A DNA stretch of 32,000 nucleotides from an archaeon (GCA_024277355.1 JAJRVL010000004.1:390001-422000), one strand, 5' to 3'. Shown: positions 1-8,492, counted from the first letter of the stretch. The notes: generated from the letters alone by a model not told the origin. Numbers and translations: made by a program.

Positions 1-2168
1 ATATAGTTATTAATGCAGATAATGGACAAGCAACAGATACAACCGCAATAACTATAACTGCAACAACAGACACTACGCCTCCAATAGTAAATATTACTTC
101 TCCTTTAGATGGACAAACTGTTTCAGGAACAATTAATTTAACTGCTGATGCATCAGATACAAGCGGAATAACAAAAGTAGAATTTTATATTGACACAACA
201 TTAATTTCAACTGACACAACTTCTCCTTACGAATATTCCTGGAATTCAACAACTGTTTCAAATGCAAGCCACATAATCAAAGCAATAGCAATAGATCCAG
301 CAGGAAACACAGCAGAAAACACAATTACAATTCAAGTTGACAATTTAGCAGTTCCTGATACTCCAACAGGATTAACTTCATTACCAGGACCTAATATAGG
401 AGAATTAACAATAAATTGGAATGCTGTTTTAGAAGCAACATATTATTCTGTATTAATTTCTCCTGATTTAGAAGTAAATTACTATCTAGCAACCGATCCC
501 ACTTATTCTCAAAATAATTATCTTTTATCAGTTTCACAGGAAAATCCAGAAAGTTTTCTAATTTATTTTAAAGTTATGGCCTGTAATTTAACAGGATGCA
601 GTTTAGAAACTACCTCACAATATGACTACCTTAAATTAGGAGCAAAAACAAACGGACCTTATACTGGATTAATAAACGAACCAATTACATTAACTGCTTC
701 TCCTTTATTTGCAGCTGGAACTCCAAGTTATTCTTGGATTATAGCAGGAACATCAAACTGCACTCCAATAACTTCAACTGAACAAAACCCCATAATAACC
801 TGCTTAAATGAAGGAACTTCAATTGCAAATTTAACTATTACAGCAGACAACGGAACTGCAACAAACACAGCAGATATTACTATTACTTCCACAGCAGACA
901 CTACTAATCCAACAATAAATATTACAAACCCATCTAATGGACAGACTGTTTTAGGAACAGTAAATATAACTGCTAATGCTTCAGACACAAGCGGAATAAA
1001 ACACATAGAATTTATTATTGATGATTCATCAAAAGCAATAGATAGTTCTTCTCCTTATGAATATTCATGGGACACAAGAACAGAAGCAAACGGAAGCCAT
1101 ACAATTAAAACAAGAACAGAAGACGCAGCAGGAAATACTGCTGAAACAAGTATTACTATAAATATAAATAACGCTTCTTCTGGAATTGAATGCGGAAACG
1201 GAATAATTGAATCAGGAGAAGAATGTGAATTTGATTCAGAATGCAACTACTCCAAAACAAACTGCAATACTTCAAATCAAACTTATGGAACAAGAAGCAT
1301 TACCTGCAGTTCTTGCAGTTGTTCAACAGGAAACTGGAATTATGATTCACCAAACTCAACTTCATACTGCAATAACTGTAATGCATGCGGAGACGGAATA
1401 CAAAACTGCAATGAAACAGCAGAATCATGTCCGGCAGACTTTGGAGGAGAAACAGATAATACGCCTCCTTCAATTCCAACTGGATTAAATGTAATAAAAA
1501 CAACAGAAAACACAATTACATTAGAATGGAATCCAAACACTGAACAGGATTTAAGAAGATACCAAATACTTTATTCAACAACAGCCAATAATTACTCTAA
1601 AACTGAAATTGCATTAAAAACAGAAACAAGTTTGATTTTAACAGGATTAAAACCAGACACAAAATATTATTTTGCAATAACTGCAGTTGACTTAAGTGGA
1701 AATGAAAGTCTTTATTCAAATGAAGTTTCAGCAACAACAAAAAAAGAAACAATAACAACAGTTAAAACTCCTGCAAATTTAACAGCAGAATTAAAAGACG
1801 GAAACATCACATTAAAATGGACTCACACTAACCCAAAACCTTCTCATTATATTATTCAAAGAAAAGGAGAATTCTTTGAAGAAATAACTACAACATCAGA
1901 TAATTCATTTACAGACAAAGAAATCACAAAAGGAAAAACATATGCATATAGAATAGCTGGATTTAAAGACGGAAAAACAAGTTCTTATTCAGAAGAAGTA
2001 GAAGTTAAAGTTCCTGAATGTTCAGAAGAAAAAGACGATTACTGTGATAAAACATGCGAAAATGATCCAGACTGCAATAATGACAATTTACTGCAATGGG
2101 GAATTGGAGCAACAATAGTAGTAATTTCAGCTGCATTAGCATATGTGTTTTTTACATTTAACATTTAG
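1..2168 (+). CDS. Large cell-surface protein, 5' end outside the window (Ig-like/PKD-like modules, Cys-rich CGNG module, FN3 modules, C-terminal TM anchor)
   Basis: The frame starting at base 3 is open up to TAG 2166-2168; the ORF track reports it only from internal ATG 576. Two ~95-aa modules recur ('SPYEYSW...GNTAE'). A Cys-rich stretch reads 'IECGNGIIESGEECE'. An FN3-like stretch reads 'PPSIPTGLNV...LEWNPN...YYFAITAVDLSGNES'. The hydrophobic tail is 'WGIGATIVVISAALAYVFFTF'. Confidence 0.8.
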   Translation, partial: IVINADNGQATDTTAITITATTDTTPPIVNITSPLDGQTVSGTINLTADASDTSGITKVEFYIDTTLISTDTTSPYEYSWNSTTVSNASHIIKAIAIDPAGNTAENTITIQVDNLAVPDTPTGLTSLPGPNIGELTINWNAVLEATYYSVLISPDLEVNYYLATDPTYSQNNYLLSVSQENPESFLIYFKVMACNLTGCSLETTSQYDYLKLGAKTNGPYTGLINEPITLTASPLFAAGTPSYSWIIAGTSNCTPITSTEQNPIITCLNEGTSIANLTITADNGTATNTADITITSTADTTNPTINITNPSNGQTVLGTVNITANASDTSGIKHIEFIIDDSSKAIDSSSPYEYSWDTRTEANGSHTIKTRTEDAAGNTAETSITININNASSGIECGNGIIESGEECEFDSECNYSKTNCNTSNQTYGTRSITCSSCSCSTGNWNYDSPNSTSYCNNCNACGDGIQNCNETAESCPADFGGETDNTPPSIPTGLNVIKTTENTITLEWNPNTEQDLRRYQILYSTTANNYSKTEIALKTETSLILTGLKPDTKYYFAITAVDLSGNESLYSNEVSATTKKETITTVKTPANLTAELKDGNITLKWTHTNPKPSHYIIQRKGEFFEEITTTSDNSFTDKEITKGKTYAYRIAGFKDGKTSSYSEEVEVKVPECSEEKDDYCDKTCENDPDCNNDNLLQWGIGATIVVISAALAYVFFTFNI
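69..1178 (+). repeat. Internal duplication of an Ig-like module inside the surface-protein gene (period 828 nt = 276 codons)
   Basis: 'gacactacgcctcca...' at 69 matches 'gacactactaatcca...' at 897. Both copies encode DT(T/S)xP-(I/T)-NIT-P-NGQTV-GT-N-TA-ASDTSGI-(K)-EF-ID...SPYEYSW...H-IK...AGNTAE. They are similar but diverged at the nucleotide level. Confidence 0.7.
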
Positions 2169-2179
2169 AAGTGAAAAAA

Positions 2180-2479
2180 ATGGTATGGAATAACTTTAAT
2201 AAAAACAAAATTCCAATAAGATTTACTTTAATGGCATTGACTATTGGGTTTATTGCAGGTTTTTTTTCTTTAATTTATTTAAGCAGTACAGGAAACTTAT
2301 TGCTTGAATTAAATCAAAAACCCTGTTTTAAGTATTCAGGCGAAGAACCTGATGCGTTTTGTGATGAAAAAGGAAGTTTACATGTTTATTTCAAAGGAAA
2401 CAGTGAATTAGATTCAGGATGGTATACAACTAAATCAAATAAATGCATTCCATGCAGTGAAATAAAAGGAGGGAGTTAA
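2180..2479 (+). CDS. Small membrane-anchored hypothetical protein with 4 Cys
   Basis: Contains an N-terminal TM helix (FTLMALTIGFIAGFFSLIYL). 'AAGTGA' lies 5 nt upstream of ATG 2180, the same SD-like context as top6B. The ORF track uses GTG 2171 instead. Confidence 0.5.
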   Translation: MVWNNFNKNKIPIRFTLMALTIGFIAGFFSLIYLSSTGNLLLELNQKPCFKYSGEEPDAFCDEKGSLHVYFKGNSELDSGWYTTKSNKCIPCSEIKGGS

Positions 2480-2480
2480 A

Positions 2481-2711
2481 ATGATGGATATAAAACAAAA
2501 AAATCTTGCATTAATTTTTGGAATGGTTTTAATTGCTTCACTAAGTGTTATGTTTTTGTTTAATGATGGTGTTGAAGGAAAAGCAATTCAGGAATTTAAT
2601 TCAGCAAAAGAAAAAAATACTTATTGCGAAGAATTATGCGATGAAGAAATGCAGAAAGATAATCCTGAATATTCTGACTGGATTTCATGTCATGAAAAAT
2701 GTTTCAAGTAA
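2481..2711 (+). CDS. Small membrane-anchored hypothetical protein with twin CX3C motifs
   Basis: GGAGGG lies upstream of ATG 2481. It has an N-terminal TM helix (LALIFGMVLIASLSVMFLF) and the motifs 'CEELC' and 'CHEKC'. Confidence 0.5.
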   Translation: MMDIKQKNLALIFGMVLIASLSVMFLFNDGVEGKAIQEFNSAKEKNTYCEELCDEEMQKDNPEYSDWISCHEKCFK

Positions 2712-2740
2712 TAAAAAAAAAAAATAAAAAGAGAAATTAA
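2712..2740 (-). terminator. Oligo-T tract after the last gene of the minus-strand superoperon
   Basis: The minus strand reads TTTCTCTTTTTATTTTTTTTTTTTATTA directly after the prefoldin stop. Archaeal termination typically uses T-runs. Confidence 0.35.
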
Positions 2741-3079
2741 TTATTTTTTCTCTTCTTTTTCTTTTGGTTCTAATTTGCTTTTTAGTTTATTCATTTTGTC
2801 TATTGAAAGGTCTTCTTGTTTCTGAACAGTTTTGAGTCTTAAATCTATTGCTTCAATCTGTGTTTCTAAATCTTTTTTTACGTCTTTAACAGGAGAAAGA
2901 ACAAGAATGTTTCCTACTGCCTTATAGACTTTTTCTTCTTTTGTTTTTGAAACTTCTTCTAAAGCTTCTTTTAACAGTTTATCCTGAAACTGCAACTGTT
3001 GTTTTTGTGAATACAACTGCATTAACTGATTTCTTTGTCTTTCAAAATCAATTCTGTCCTGATTAATTTGTTCTGCCAT
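2741..3079 (-). CDS. pfdB: Prefoldin beta subunit
   Basis: Architecture is coiled coil, beta hairpin ('KAVGNILVLSPV'), coiled coil, in 112 aa. GGAGGT SD lies upstream. It occupies the canonical position at the end of the exosome superoperon. Confidence 0.85.
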   Translation of the reverse strand: MAEQINQDRIDFERQRNQLMQLYSQKQQLQFQDKLLKEALEEVSKTKEEKVYKAVGNILVLSPVKDVKKDLETQIEAIDLRLKTVQKQEDLSIDKMNKLKSKLEPKEKEEKK

Positions 3080-3326
3080 GGGATTTACCTCCTAAATCAT
3101 TAAATAAAATTAAAGGTTTTAAAACTGAATTAAAAGAAGCTCTTAATGCAGTTTTATCTTTTGCTTTAATATTAATTAAAAAAAAATTATTTTTAATTGT
3201 AATGCTTGTAATACTTCTTGCTTTTGAATTCATTACATCTGAAGCAATTGCTTGCAATGCAAGTTCTGCTTTTTCTTTTGATTCAAACTTAATGCTTGCA
3301 TCAAAAAAATAATCATATTCTTCCAT
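3063..3326 (-). CDS. pcc1: KEOPS subunit Pcc1 (CTAG/Pcc1 family)
   Basis: 87 aa containing 'INIKAKDKTALRASFNSVLKPL', which matches the Pcc1 signature (A-D--ALRa--NS-L). It overlaps pfdB by 17 nt. Confidence 0.7.
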   Translation of the reverse strand: MEEYDYFFDASIKFESKEKAELALQAIASDVMNSKARSITSITIKNNFFLINIKAKDKTALRASFNSVLKPLILFNDLGGKSHGRTN

Positions 3327-3338
3327 TTAAAACTCCAA

Positions 3339-3506
3339 TTACACTGCATTAAGTTTCCTTGAAACCGGTTGAGGTAATTTGCTTATTATTTTATATGCAC
3401 AAGAAGGACATCTGAAAACTCCTTTTGGAATTTCATCGAATTTTTCTCCGCATTTCTGGCATTGATATTTTCCTTCTTTTTTTGCTTCAATTCCTTCTTT
3501 TTTCAT
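3339..3506 (-). CDS. rpoP: DNA-directed RNA polymerase subunit P (Rpo12/RPABC4), 55 aa
   Basis: Not in the ORF track because it is under 60 aa. My translation is MKKEGIEAKKEGKYQCQKCGEKFDEIPKGVFRCPSCAYKIISKLPQPVSRKLNAV. It has a CxxC...CxxC zinc ribbon. Its ATG overlaps the L37ae TGA (ATGA). The position matches the canonical superoperon. Confidence 0.8.
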   Translation of the reverse strand: MKKEGIEAKKEGKYQCQKCGEKFDEIPKGVFRCPSCAYKIISKLPQPVSRKLNAV

Positions 3507-3937
3507 TTCTTTTCCTCCTTAGAATTTTGCTCTTCCTTGTTTTTCTTATCAATTCCTAAAACACTTTTGGCTTTTTTAATTAAATTTTTTTTTTCTGTTT
3601 TTTTTTCTTCTTTTTTTGCTGGTTTTGCTTTTATTTTAATTTCAGTTTCTTCCTGTTCTTCTTCTTTTATTTCAGAAGAAAACTTTTTCTGTGAAACCAT
3701 TTTTTTAATTAAAGAACCAGTCATTGTTTCAGGAACATATGCTCCTCCTGCAAATTCTTTTTTGCATTTAGAACAAAAATAAATTCCTGCTGCTCTTCTT
3801 TTTAAGGTTCCTAAATTACATTCAGGGCATTTCTTTTTCTTTTTCTGCTGTGCTTCAACTTTAATTACCCTTTTTCTTATTCCTACTCCGTATCTTGAGC
3901 CAAATCTTCCTGTTGAATAAACTTTTTTTGTAGTCAT
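3503..3937 (-). CDS. rpl37ae: Ribosomal protein L37ae (eL43) with a ~55-aa K/E-rich C-terminal extension
   Basis: 'GRFGSRYGVGIRKR', 'CPECN...RRAAGIYFCSKCKKEFAGGAY'; AGGTG SD upstream. The tail is low-complexity ('EIKEEEQEETEIKIKAKPAKKEEKK...'). Confidence 0.9.
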   Translation of the reverse strand: MTTKKVYSTGRFGSRYGVGIRKRVIKVEAQQKKKKKCPECNLGTLKRRAAGIYFCSKCKKEFAGGAYVPETMTGSLIKKMVSQKKFSSEIKEEEQEETEIKIKAKPAKKEEKKTEKKNLIKKAKSVLGIDKKNKEEQNSKEEKK

Positions 3938-3948
3938 TTTTTACACCT

Positions 3949-4731
3949 TTAAATGTTTTTTCTTATTTCTTTTGATGTTTTAAATGCAGTGTCTATTGCG
4001 TTATCAACATCTTCTTTTTTTATTGCTCCGGATAATCCTTTCTGGAAAGCTGAAACAAAATTATCTTCAGTTGTTGCAACAGAAAATCTTGCCTGCATTG
4101 CTGTTTCTTCCATTAAATCAGGATCTACTACAAGTACATTTCCTATTTTTGCAAAAGTACTTAGTAAAGGTTTTCTTTTTAATTTAAGTTTTCCTGAATA
4201 TTCTTTTTCAACTATTTTATCGTTTTCAATTTTTGGAAGTTTTGCTTCATTTAATGCAGAAATTGCAGCAATAGCTGAAGCATCAAATAAATTTCCATCA
4301 AAATTTATTGCATACATGTCAATAAAACCTATTAAGACTTGTTCTCCTTCAGTAATGCATAATTTTTCAAAATCAACTGCTTTTGATTCTCTTATGCCTC
4401 TGTCAACAACTCTTGCTAATTCAATTGATTCCATTGAAGGAGGTCCAGTTTCAAAAAAAGGCGAAGCTAAAGGAATTAATTCTGCTCCAACTGAAATTGT
4501 TCCTTGTTTTGGAGAATCAGGATAAGGAGTTCCTAAAGAAAATTTTACTCCTGCAATTACTTCTGTGTCGCCTAATTTTACTTTAGCGCACCCTTCAGCA
4601 TTTTTGTAAAGGTCTTTTTCTATTGTTATTTTTCTGTATTCGTCTACTTTTCTTCCATTGTTTCTTTTTCCTTCTTTTAAGTTGTTTAAAACTTTTTCTG
4701 CGTTTAATTCAAGTAATACATCTTTCTGCAT
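3949..4731 (-). CDS. rrp42: Exosome complex subunit Rrp42 (RNase PH-like, inactive)
   Basis: 'GRKVDEYRKITIE...NAEGCAKVKLGDTEVIAGV' and 'ELARVVDRGIRES'. It is adjacent to rrp41 with a 1-nt gap. Confidence 0.9.
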   Translation of the reverse strand: MQKDVLLELNAEKVLNNLKEGKRNNGRKVDEYRKITIEKDLYKNAEGCAKVKLGDTEVIAGVKFSLGTPYPDSPKQGTISVGAELIPLASPFFETGPPSMESIELARVVDRGIRESKAVDFEKLCITEGEQVLIGFIDMYAINFDGNLFDASAIAAISALNEAKLPKIENDKIVEKEYSGKLKLKRKPLLSTFAKIGNVLVVDPDLMEETAMQARFSVATTEDNFVSAFQKGLSGAIKKEDVDNAIDTAFKTSKEIRKNI

Positions 4732-4732
4732 T

Positions 4733-5599
4733 TTATTGCACCTCTGCTTCTGCTTTAGATAATTCTTTATTATCTTTCAATTCTTTTTTATCTTCTTTTT
4801 TTTCTGTTTTAGTTTCTTTTGCTGATTCAACTGATTTTTCTTTTGTTTCTGTTTTTGTTTTCTTTTCTTCTTTTTCTTCAAGCTTAAATTGTTCTTTTAA
4901 GGCATTGATTTGTAATTGTTTTATTTTTTCTATTCCTTTAACTGCAACTTCATATGCTTCTTCCCATTCTTTTTTTGAGAATAAACCATCCATTTGCAGT
5001 AAAACAATTTCTTTTGAATTTGACATCATTGCAATAGGCATATCAACTGCATCTGGTGCATCTTCTTCTTCTTTATTTAAATCTAAAACAATTTTTCCGT
5101 CAATTCTTCCAACTGCAACTGAAGTAACTAAATCTTTCATTGGAATTCCTGCATCAGCTAAAGCAACTGAAGCAGCCGTTAAAGCTGCAGCTCTTGAACC
5201 TGCATTGCTGTCTAAAATCTGCGCCCAAATTTCTATTTGAGTGTTAGGGTATTTTTCCAAGAAAATTGATTTTTCAAGTGCTTCCCCGCAAACTTTTGAT
5301 ATTTCAATATCTCTTCTTCCAGGACGAGGATTTTTTCTGTCTGGAACAGAAAAAGCAGCCATTCTGTAAGTGAACTTAACTATTGCTTTAAATGGATTAG
5401 CAATATGTTTTGGTAAAGCTTCTCTTGGACCCTGAACTGAAACTAAAACTTTATTTTGTCCCCATTCAAGATAACAGGAACCTTTAGCATTTTTTAGTAC
5501 TCCTGCTTTAATTGTTATTGGTCTTGATTCATCAACTGCTCTTCCATCTAAACGCAGTCCTTTTTTATTTACATAAATTTTTTTTTCTTCTTTAGTCAT
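4733..5599 (-). CDS. rrp41: Exosome complex exonuclease Rrp41 (RNase PH) with a K/E-rich C-terminal tail
   Basis: 'LRLDGRAVDESRPI', 'GSCYLEWGQNKVLVSVQGPRE', 'RPGRRDIEISKV'; AGGTGA SD upstream. The last ~50 aa are low-complexity K/E. Confidence 0.93.
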   Translation of the reverse strand: MTKEEKKIYVNKKGLRLDGRAVDESRPITIKAGVLKNAKGSCYLEWGQNKVLVSVQGPREALPKHIANPFKAIVKFTYRMAAFSVPDRKNPRPGRRDIEISKVCGEALEKSIFLEKYPNTQIEIWAQILDSNAGSRAAALTAASVALADAGIPMKDLVTSVAVGRIDGKIVLDLNKEEEDAPDAVDMPIAMMSNSKEIVLLQMDGLFSKKEWEEAYEVAVKGIEKIKQLQINALKEQFKLEEKEEKKTKTETKEKSVESAKETKTEKKEDKKELKDNKELSKAEAEVQ

Positions 5600-5618
5600 T
5601 TTTCATTTCACCTTTTCA

Positions 5619-6236
5619 TTAAATAATATTTCTTTGTTTTGACAAAAATTCTGCCATTTTATTTGTTAAATTTGAAGTATGAGCTTCTGCTTCAATTTTT
5701 TTTATTGCTTTAATTAATAAAGGAACATTTCCGCCTTTAGCCCAAATTCTTCCGTTTCTTCCGACAATAAAATTACAATTAGTTCCTTTTCTTAAAATAT
5801 CAAGCATTGAACCGTTTTTTCCGATTATTCTTGGAACTTTAACTGGAGAAACCGCAAAAACTTCTCCTCCATAAAAAACTCTTGCATCTGAAACATCTGC
5901 TTCATTTAATTCATTTGTTTTTGAAACTCTAACTGAAACAATTGAACCTCTTTTTAATGGTTCTCTGATTCTGTCTTTTGACATATAAGATAAACTAAAT
6001 GAATTAACATCAACTAAAAATCCTGAAAATAATTCATTTACAACTAATCCAATTAAAATATCTCCTTGTTTTGGAATATAAATTCCTTTTAATGGAACAA
6101 CTGAAGCAGTTGTTGATTCATTATTGGTTATTCCAACTGTATCAGAATAAATTTGTCCATTATGAACAAAAACATGGTCTCCTGTTCTTTTTCTTTGTTC
6201 TGTTACTAATTCGCCTGGTACTACAATTTTTTTCAT
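5619..6236 (-). CDS. rrp4: Exosome RNA-binding subunit Rrp4 (S1 + KH)
   Basis: N-terminal 'VVPGELV', an S1-like core 'GDILIGLVV...FLVDVN', and KH 'IIGKNGSMLDILRKGTNCNFIVGRNGRIWAKG'. AGGGGT SD upstream. Confidence 0.85.
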   Translation of the reverse strand: MKKIVVPGELVTEQRKRTGDHVFVHNGQIYSDTVGITNNESTTASVVPLKGIYIPKQGDILIGLVVNELFSGFLVDVNSFSLSYMSKDRIREPLKRGSIVSVRVSKTNELNEADVSDARVFYGGEVFAVSPVKVPRIIGKNGSMLDILRKGTNCNFIVGRNGRIWAKGGNVPLLIKAIKKIEAEAHTSNLTNKMAEFLSKQRNII

Positions 6237-6269
6237 TTTTTATTACCCCTAAAATTTAATAAAAATTAA

Positions 6270-6959
6270 TTATAAAATTTTTGATTCAATATCTCCTTTG
6301 GTTAAATGAGATAAGTCATTTAATAAATCTTCTTTTGCTCCTGAAGGCAGTTCTAATACAGCTACTAAAGAACCATCTGTCTGCCATTCTTCTTGTTTTA
6401 ATCCATATTTATGCAAAATAGAATTTGCTTTTCCTGCGTGTTCTGCTGGAATCTTAAATGCAATTTTTATTTTTTCCATTGAAATTGGAATTAAAGTTTT
6501 AATTTTTTTTATTATTTCAGGCAGTTGTTCCTGAACTGTTTTCATTGGGTCAGCATGAATTTTTGCTTCGTCTAATACATTTTCAATTCTTAAAGGAGGA
6601 TGAGGAGTCTTTGTTTGAGGATTAATTGCATTTCTTGAAATAAAATCAATTAATTCTCTTTTTCTTTGTTCAACCATTTTTTTTCTTTGTTCTGTTGTTA
6701 ACTGAACTTTTCCTTCTTTAATTATTTTTTCTGTAATTTTTTCTGTTTCTGTTGTTCCAAAAACTTTAGTTAAAGTTTCATGTGATGCTTCAGTTCCTTT
6801 ATTTGAATCCTTAAATATTGTGTCAACAGCCAATAAATCATTGAAGTTAACCTGATTTCCTTTTTTTAATTCATCTGAAAGTTCAGGGTCTACTAAAACC
6901 TCAAATTTTTCTCCGTCTTTTTCATATCTTGCAATTACTGCTTCACTTACTTTTACCAT
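6270..6959 (-). CDS. sdo1: Ribosome maturation protein SBDS/Sdo1
   Basis: 'VIARYEKDGEKFEVLVDP', 'AVDTIFKDSNKG', 'NAINPQTKTPHPPLRIE'. It sits in the canonical position between psmA and rrp4. Confidence 0.9.
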   Translation of the reverse strand: MVKVSEAVIARYEKDGEKFEVLVDPELSDELKKGNQVNFNDLLAVDTIFKDSNKGTEASHETLTKVFGTTETEKITEKIIKEGKVQLTTEQRKKMVEQRKRELIDFISRNAINPQTKTPHPPLRIENVLDEAKIHADPMKTVQEQLPEIIKKIKTLIPISMEKIKIAFKIPAEHAGKANSILHKYGLKQEEWQTDGSLVAVLELPSGAKEDLLNDLSHLTKGDIESKIL

Positions 6960-7001
6960 AAGAATCCTTCTTTAAAAAAGTGAATTATTAATTAAAAAAA
7001 A

Positions 7002-7745
7002 TTATTTTTTGTTTGAAATTAAATTTGTTAATTCTTCTTTTGTAAATCTTTTAAGATTATTTCCTTTTTCAACAAACGCAAAATCAAGTTTACTTAAATC
7101 AAATTTTTCTGTTTCACTTGAACTTGCTTTTATTGCTTTAATCATTAAATTCACTGCATCTTTTTTTGTCATATTTTCCTTGTATTCTGTTTCAAGTATT
7201 TTCATTGCTTCTTTTTTGTTTTTTCCTATTGCAATTGCTTTGTATTCAGCTAAAGCACCTGAAGGTTCAGTTTCAAACAATCTTTTTTCGCCTTCAGGGT
7301 CAATTCCGCCAAAAATAAAACTTACTCCAAAAGGCCTCATGCCTCCATACTGAGTAAAAACCTGCATTAATGCAGCAATCTTTTTCACTAAAGTTTCAAC
7401 ATGAATTGGTTCTCCATAATATGCTAAATTTTCCTGGCTTTCCTGTCTTGCAATCTGAACTAATCTTCTTGCATCTCCAACTAAACCAGAAGAAATAGCT
7501 GAAATATGACTGTCAATAATAAATAATTTTTCAACTGATTCAGGAAGAATCAAAGGACTTGAAACTTTTTTATCTGCTCCAAATAAAACTCCTTTATCAT
7601 AAATAAATCCAATACCTAAAGTTCCCTGTTCTACAATTTTTGAAGCATATTCAACTTGATATAATCTCCCGTCAGGAGAAAACATTGTTGCTGCTCTGTC
7701 ATATGCAGCGCTTGAAACTTTAGAACCAGGATACAAATAAACCAC
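7002..7745 (-). CDS. psmA: Proteasome alpha subunit
   Basis: 'AAYDRAATMFSPDGRLYQVEYA'. There is no in-frame ATG. Candidate starts are GTG 7745 or TTG 7736; the latter has GGTGG 5 nt upstream. Confidence 0.93.
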   Translation of the reverse strand: MVYLYPGSKVSSAAYDRAATMFSPDGRLYQVEYASKIVEQGTLGIGFIYDKGVLFGADKKVSSPLILPESVEKLFIIDSHISAISSGLVGDARRLVQIARQESQENLAYYGEPIHVETLVKKIAALMQVFTQYGGMRPFGVSFIFGGIDPEGEKRLFETEPSGALAEYKAIAIGKNKKEAMKILETEYKENMTKKDAVNLMIKAIKASSSETEKFDLSKLDFAFVEKGNNLKRFTKEELTNLISNKK

Positions 7746-7817
7746 CGTTTTCTTTTTTTTTCTTCTTTATTTATTTAAAAAGGAATAGTTTTTTAAAAGG
7801 AACTTTAAATAAAAAAA

Positions 7818-8483
7818 TTACTCTTTTAGCGCCAAAACAAAGTAAACATGATGACTGTGTTTTTTGTTTCTAATATAATTACTCCCATGGCCTTCTTCAA
7901 CATAAGAAGCCGGAACAAACTCTAGAATTTTGAATTTCCTCAAAAAAATTTTTATTTGTTCTTTTGAATAAAAACTTGTAATAATTCCTTTACACAAAAA
8001 CTGGTTATCATTTAATTTTTCTCCGTTTCCATAATGAGAGTCTTTGATTGAATGAAACTTTATTACAATAAACCCTTTTTTATTCAAAATATTATAAAAG
8101 TTATCCAAAACTTTTTGCGGATTCTTAACATGAGTTATTGCATCATCACATAAAACTGCATCAAATTTCTTATCTAAATTCAGTTCTTCAAGCAAACCTT
8201 GTTCAAACTCTAATTTATATTCTTTCAAATAATTCTTGCATTTATTTAACGCTGAATCAGAGACATCAAATCCCGTGCAATCAAAACCTGCTTTAACAAA
8301 TCCAATTAAATTTCTTCCATCCCCGCAAGGGGAATCCAAAACAGTTTTAACTTTGTGTTGCTTAAAAAAAGGAATTTTTTCAATAAAAAAAGAAGTTGGA
8401 GTTTCATGCCAAAGAGAAACTTGTTTTCCGTCATACTGATCATAAATCTGATTCCATTTATTTGCAATTTCTTCTTTCTGCAT
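7818..8483 (-). CDS. Class I SAM-dependent methyltransferase
   Basis: Motif I 'VLDSPCGDGRN', post-I 'GFDVS', and 'AVLCDDAITHV'. The substrate cannot be inferred. Confidence 0.75.
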   Translation of the reverse strand: MQKEEIANKWNQIYDQYDGKQVSLWHETPTSFFIEKIPFFKQHKVKTVLDSPCGDGRNLIGFVKAGFDCTGFDVSDSALNKCKNYLKEYKLEFEQGLLEELNLDKKFDAVLCDDAITHVKNPQKVLDNFYNILNKKGFIVIKFHSIKDSHYGNGEKLNDNQFLCKGIITSFYSKEQIKIFLRKFKILEFVPASYVEEGHGSNYIRNKKHSHHVYFVLALKE

Positions 8484-8492
8484 TTTAATTCA

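Noticed and set aside
728-1540. Short ORFs inside or antisense to the surface-protein gene (728-1006, 1055-1246, 1207-1488, 1300-1515, 1340-1540)
   Set aside because: They are shadow ORFs within a long, clearly coding, repeat-bearing frame.
3503-3670. The L37ae C-terminal extension as a separate or fused gene (for example the missing Brix/Imp4)
   Set aside because: The extension is pure K/E low-complexity sequence with no Brix-like motifs and no internal start or SD. It resembles the tails on other proteins in this window.
3462-5240. Long plus-strand ORFs in the track (3462-3782, 3953-4525, 3984-4187, 4383-4586, 4623-5240)
   Set aside because: They lie antisense to L37ae, Rrp42 and Rrp41, which have unambiguous motifs. 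Their translations are F/L/S-rich low-complexity sequence, as expected from reading the complement of K/E-rich genes. The same reasoning applies to 7009-7353, 8236-8439, 11968-12315, 15608-15900, 23201-23440, 24047-24289, 24692-25093, 26638-26973, 27231-27536, 27704-27943, 28450-28635, 28864-29046, 29716-29913, 31196-31522 and 31703-31933.
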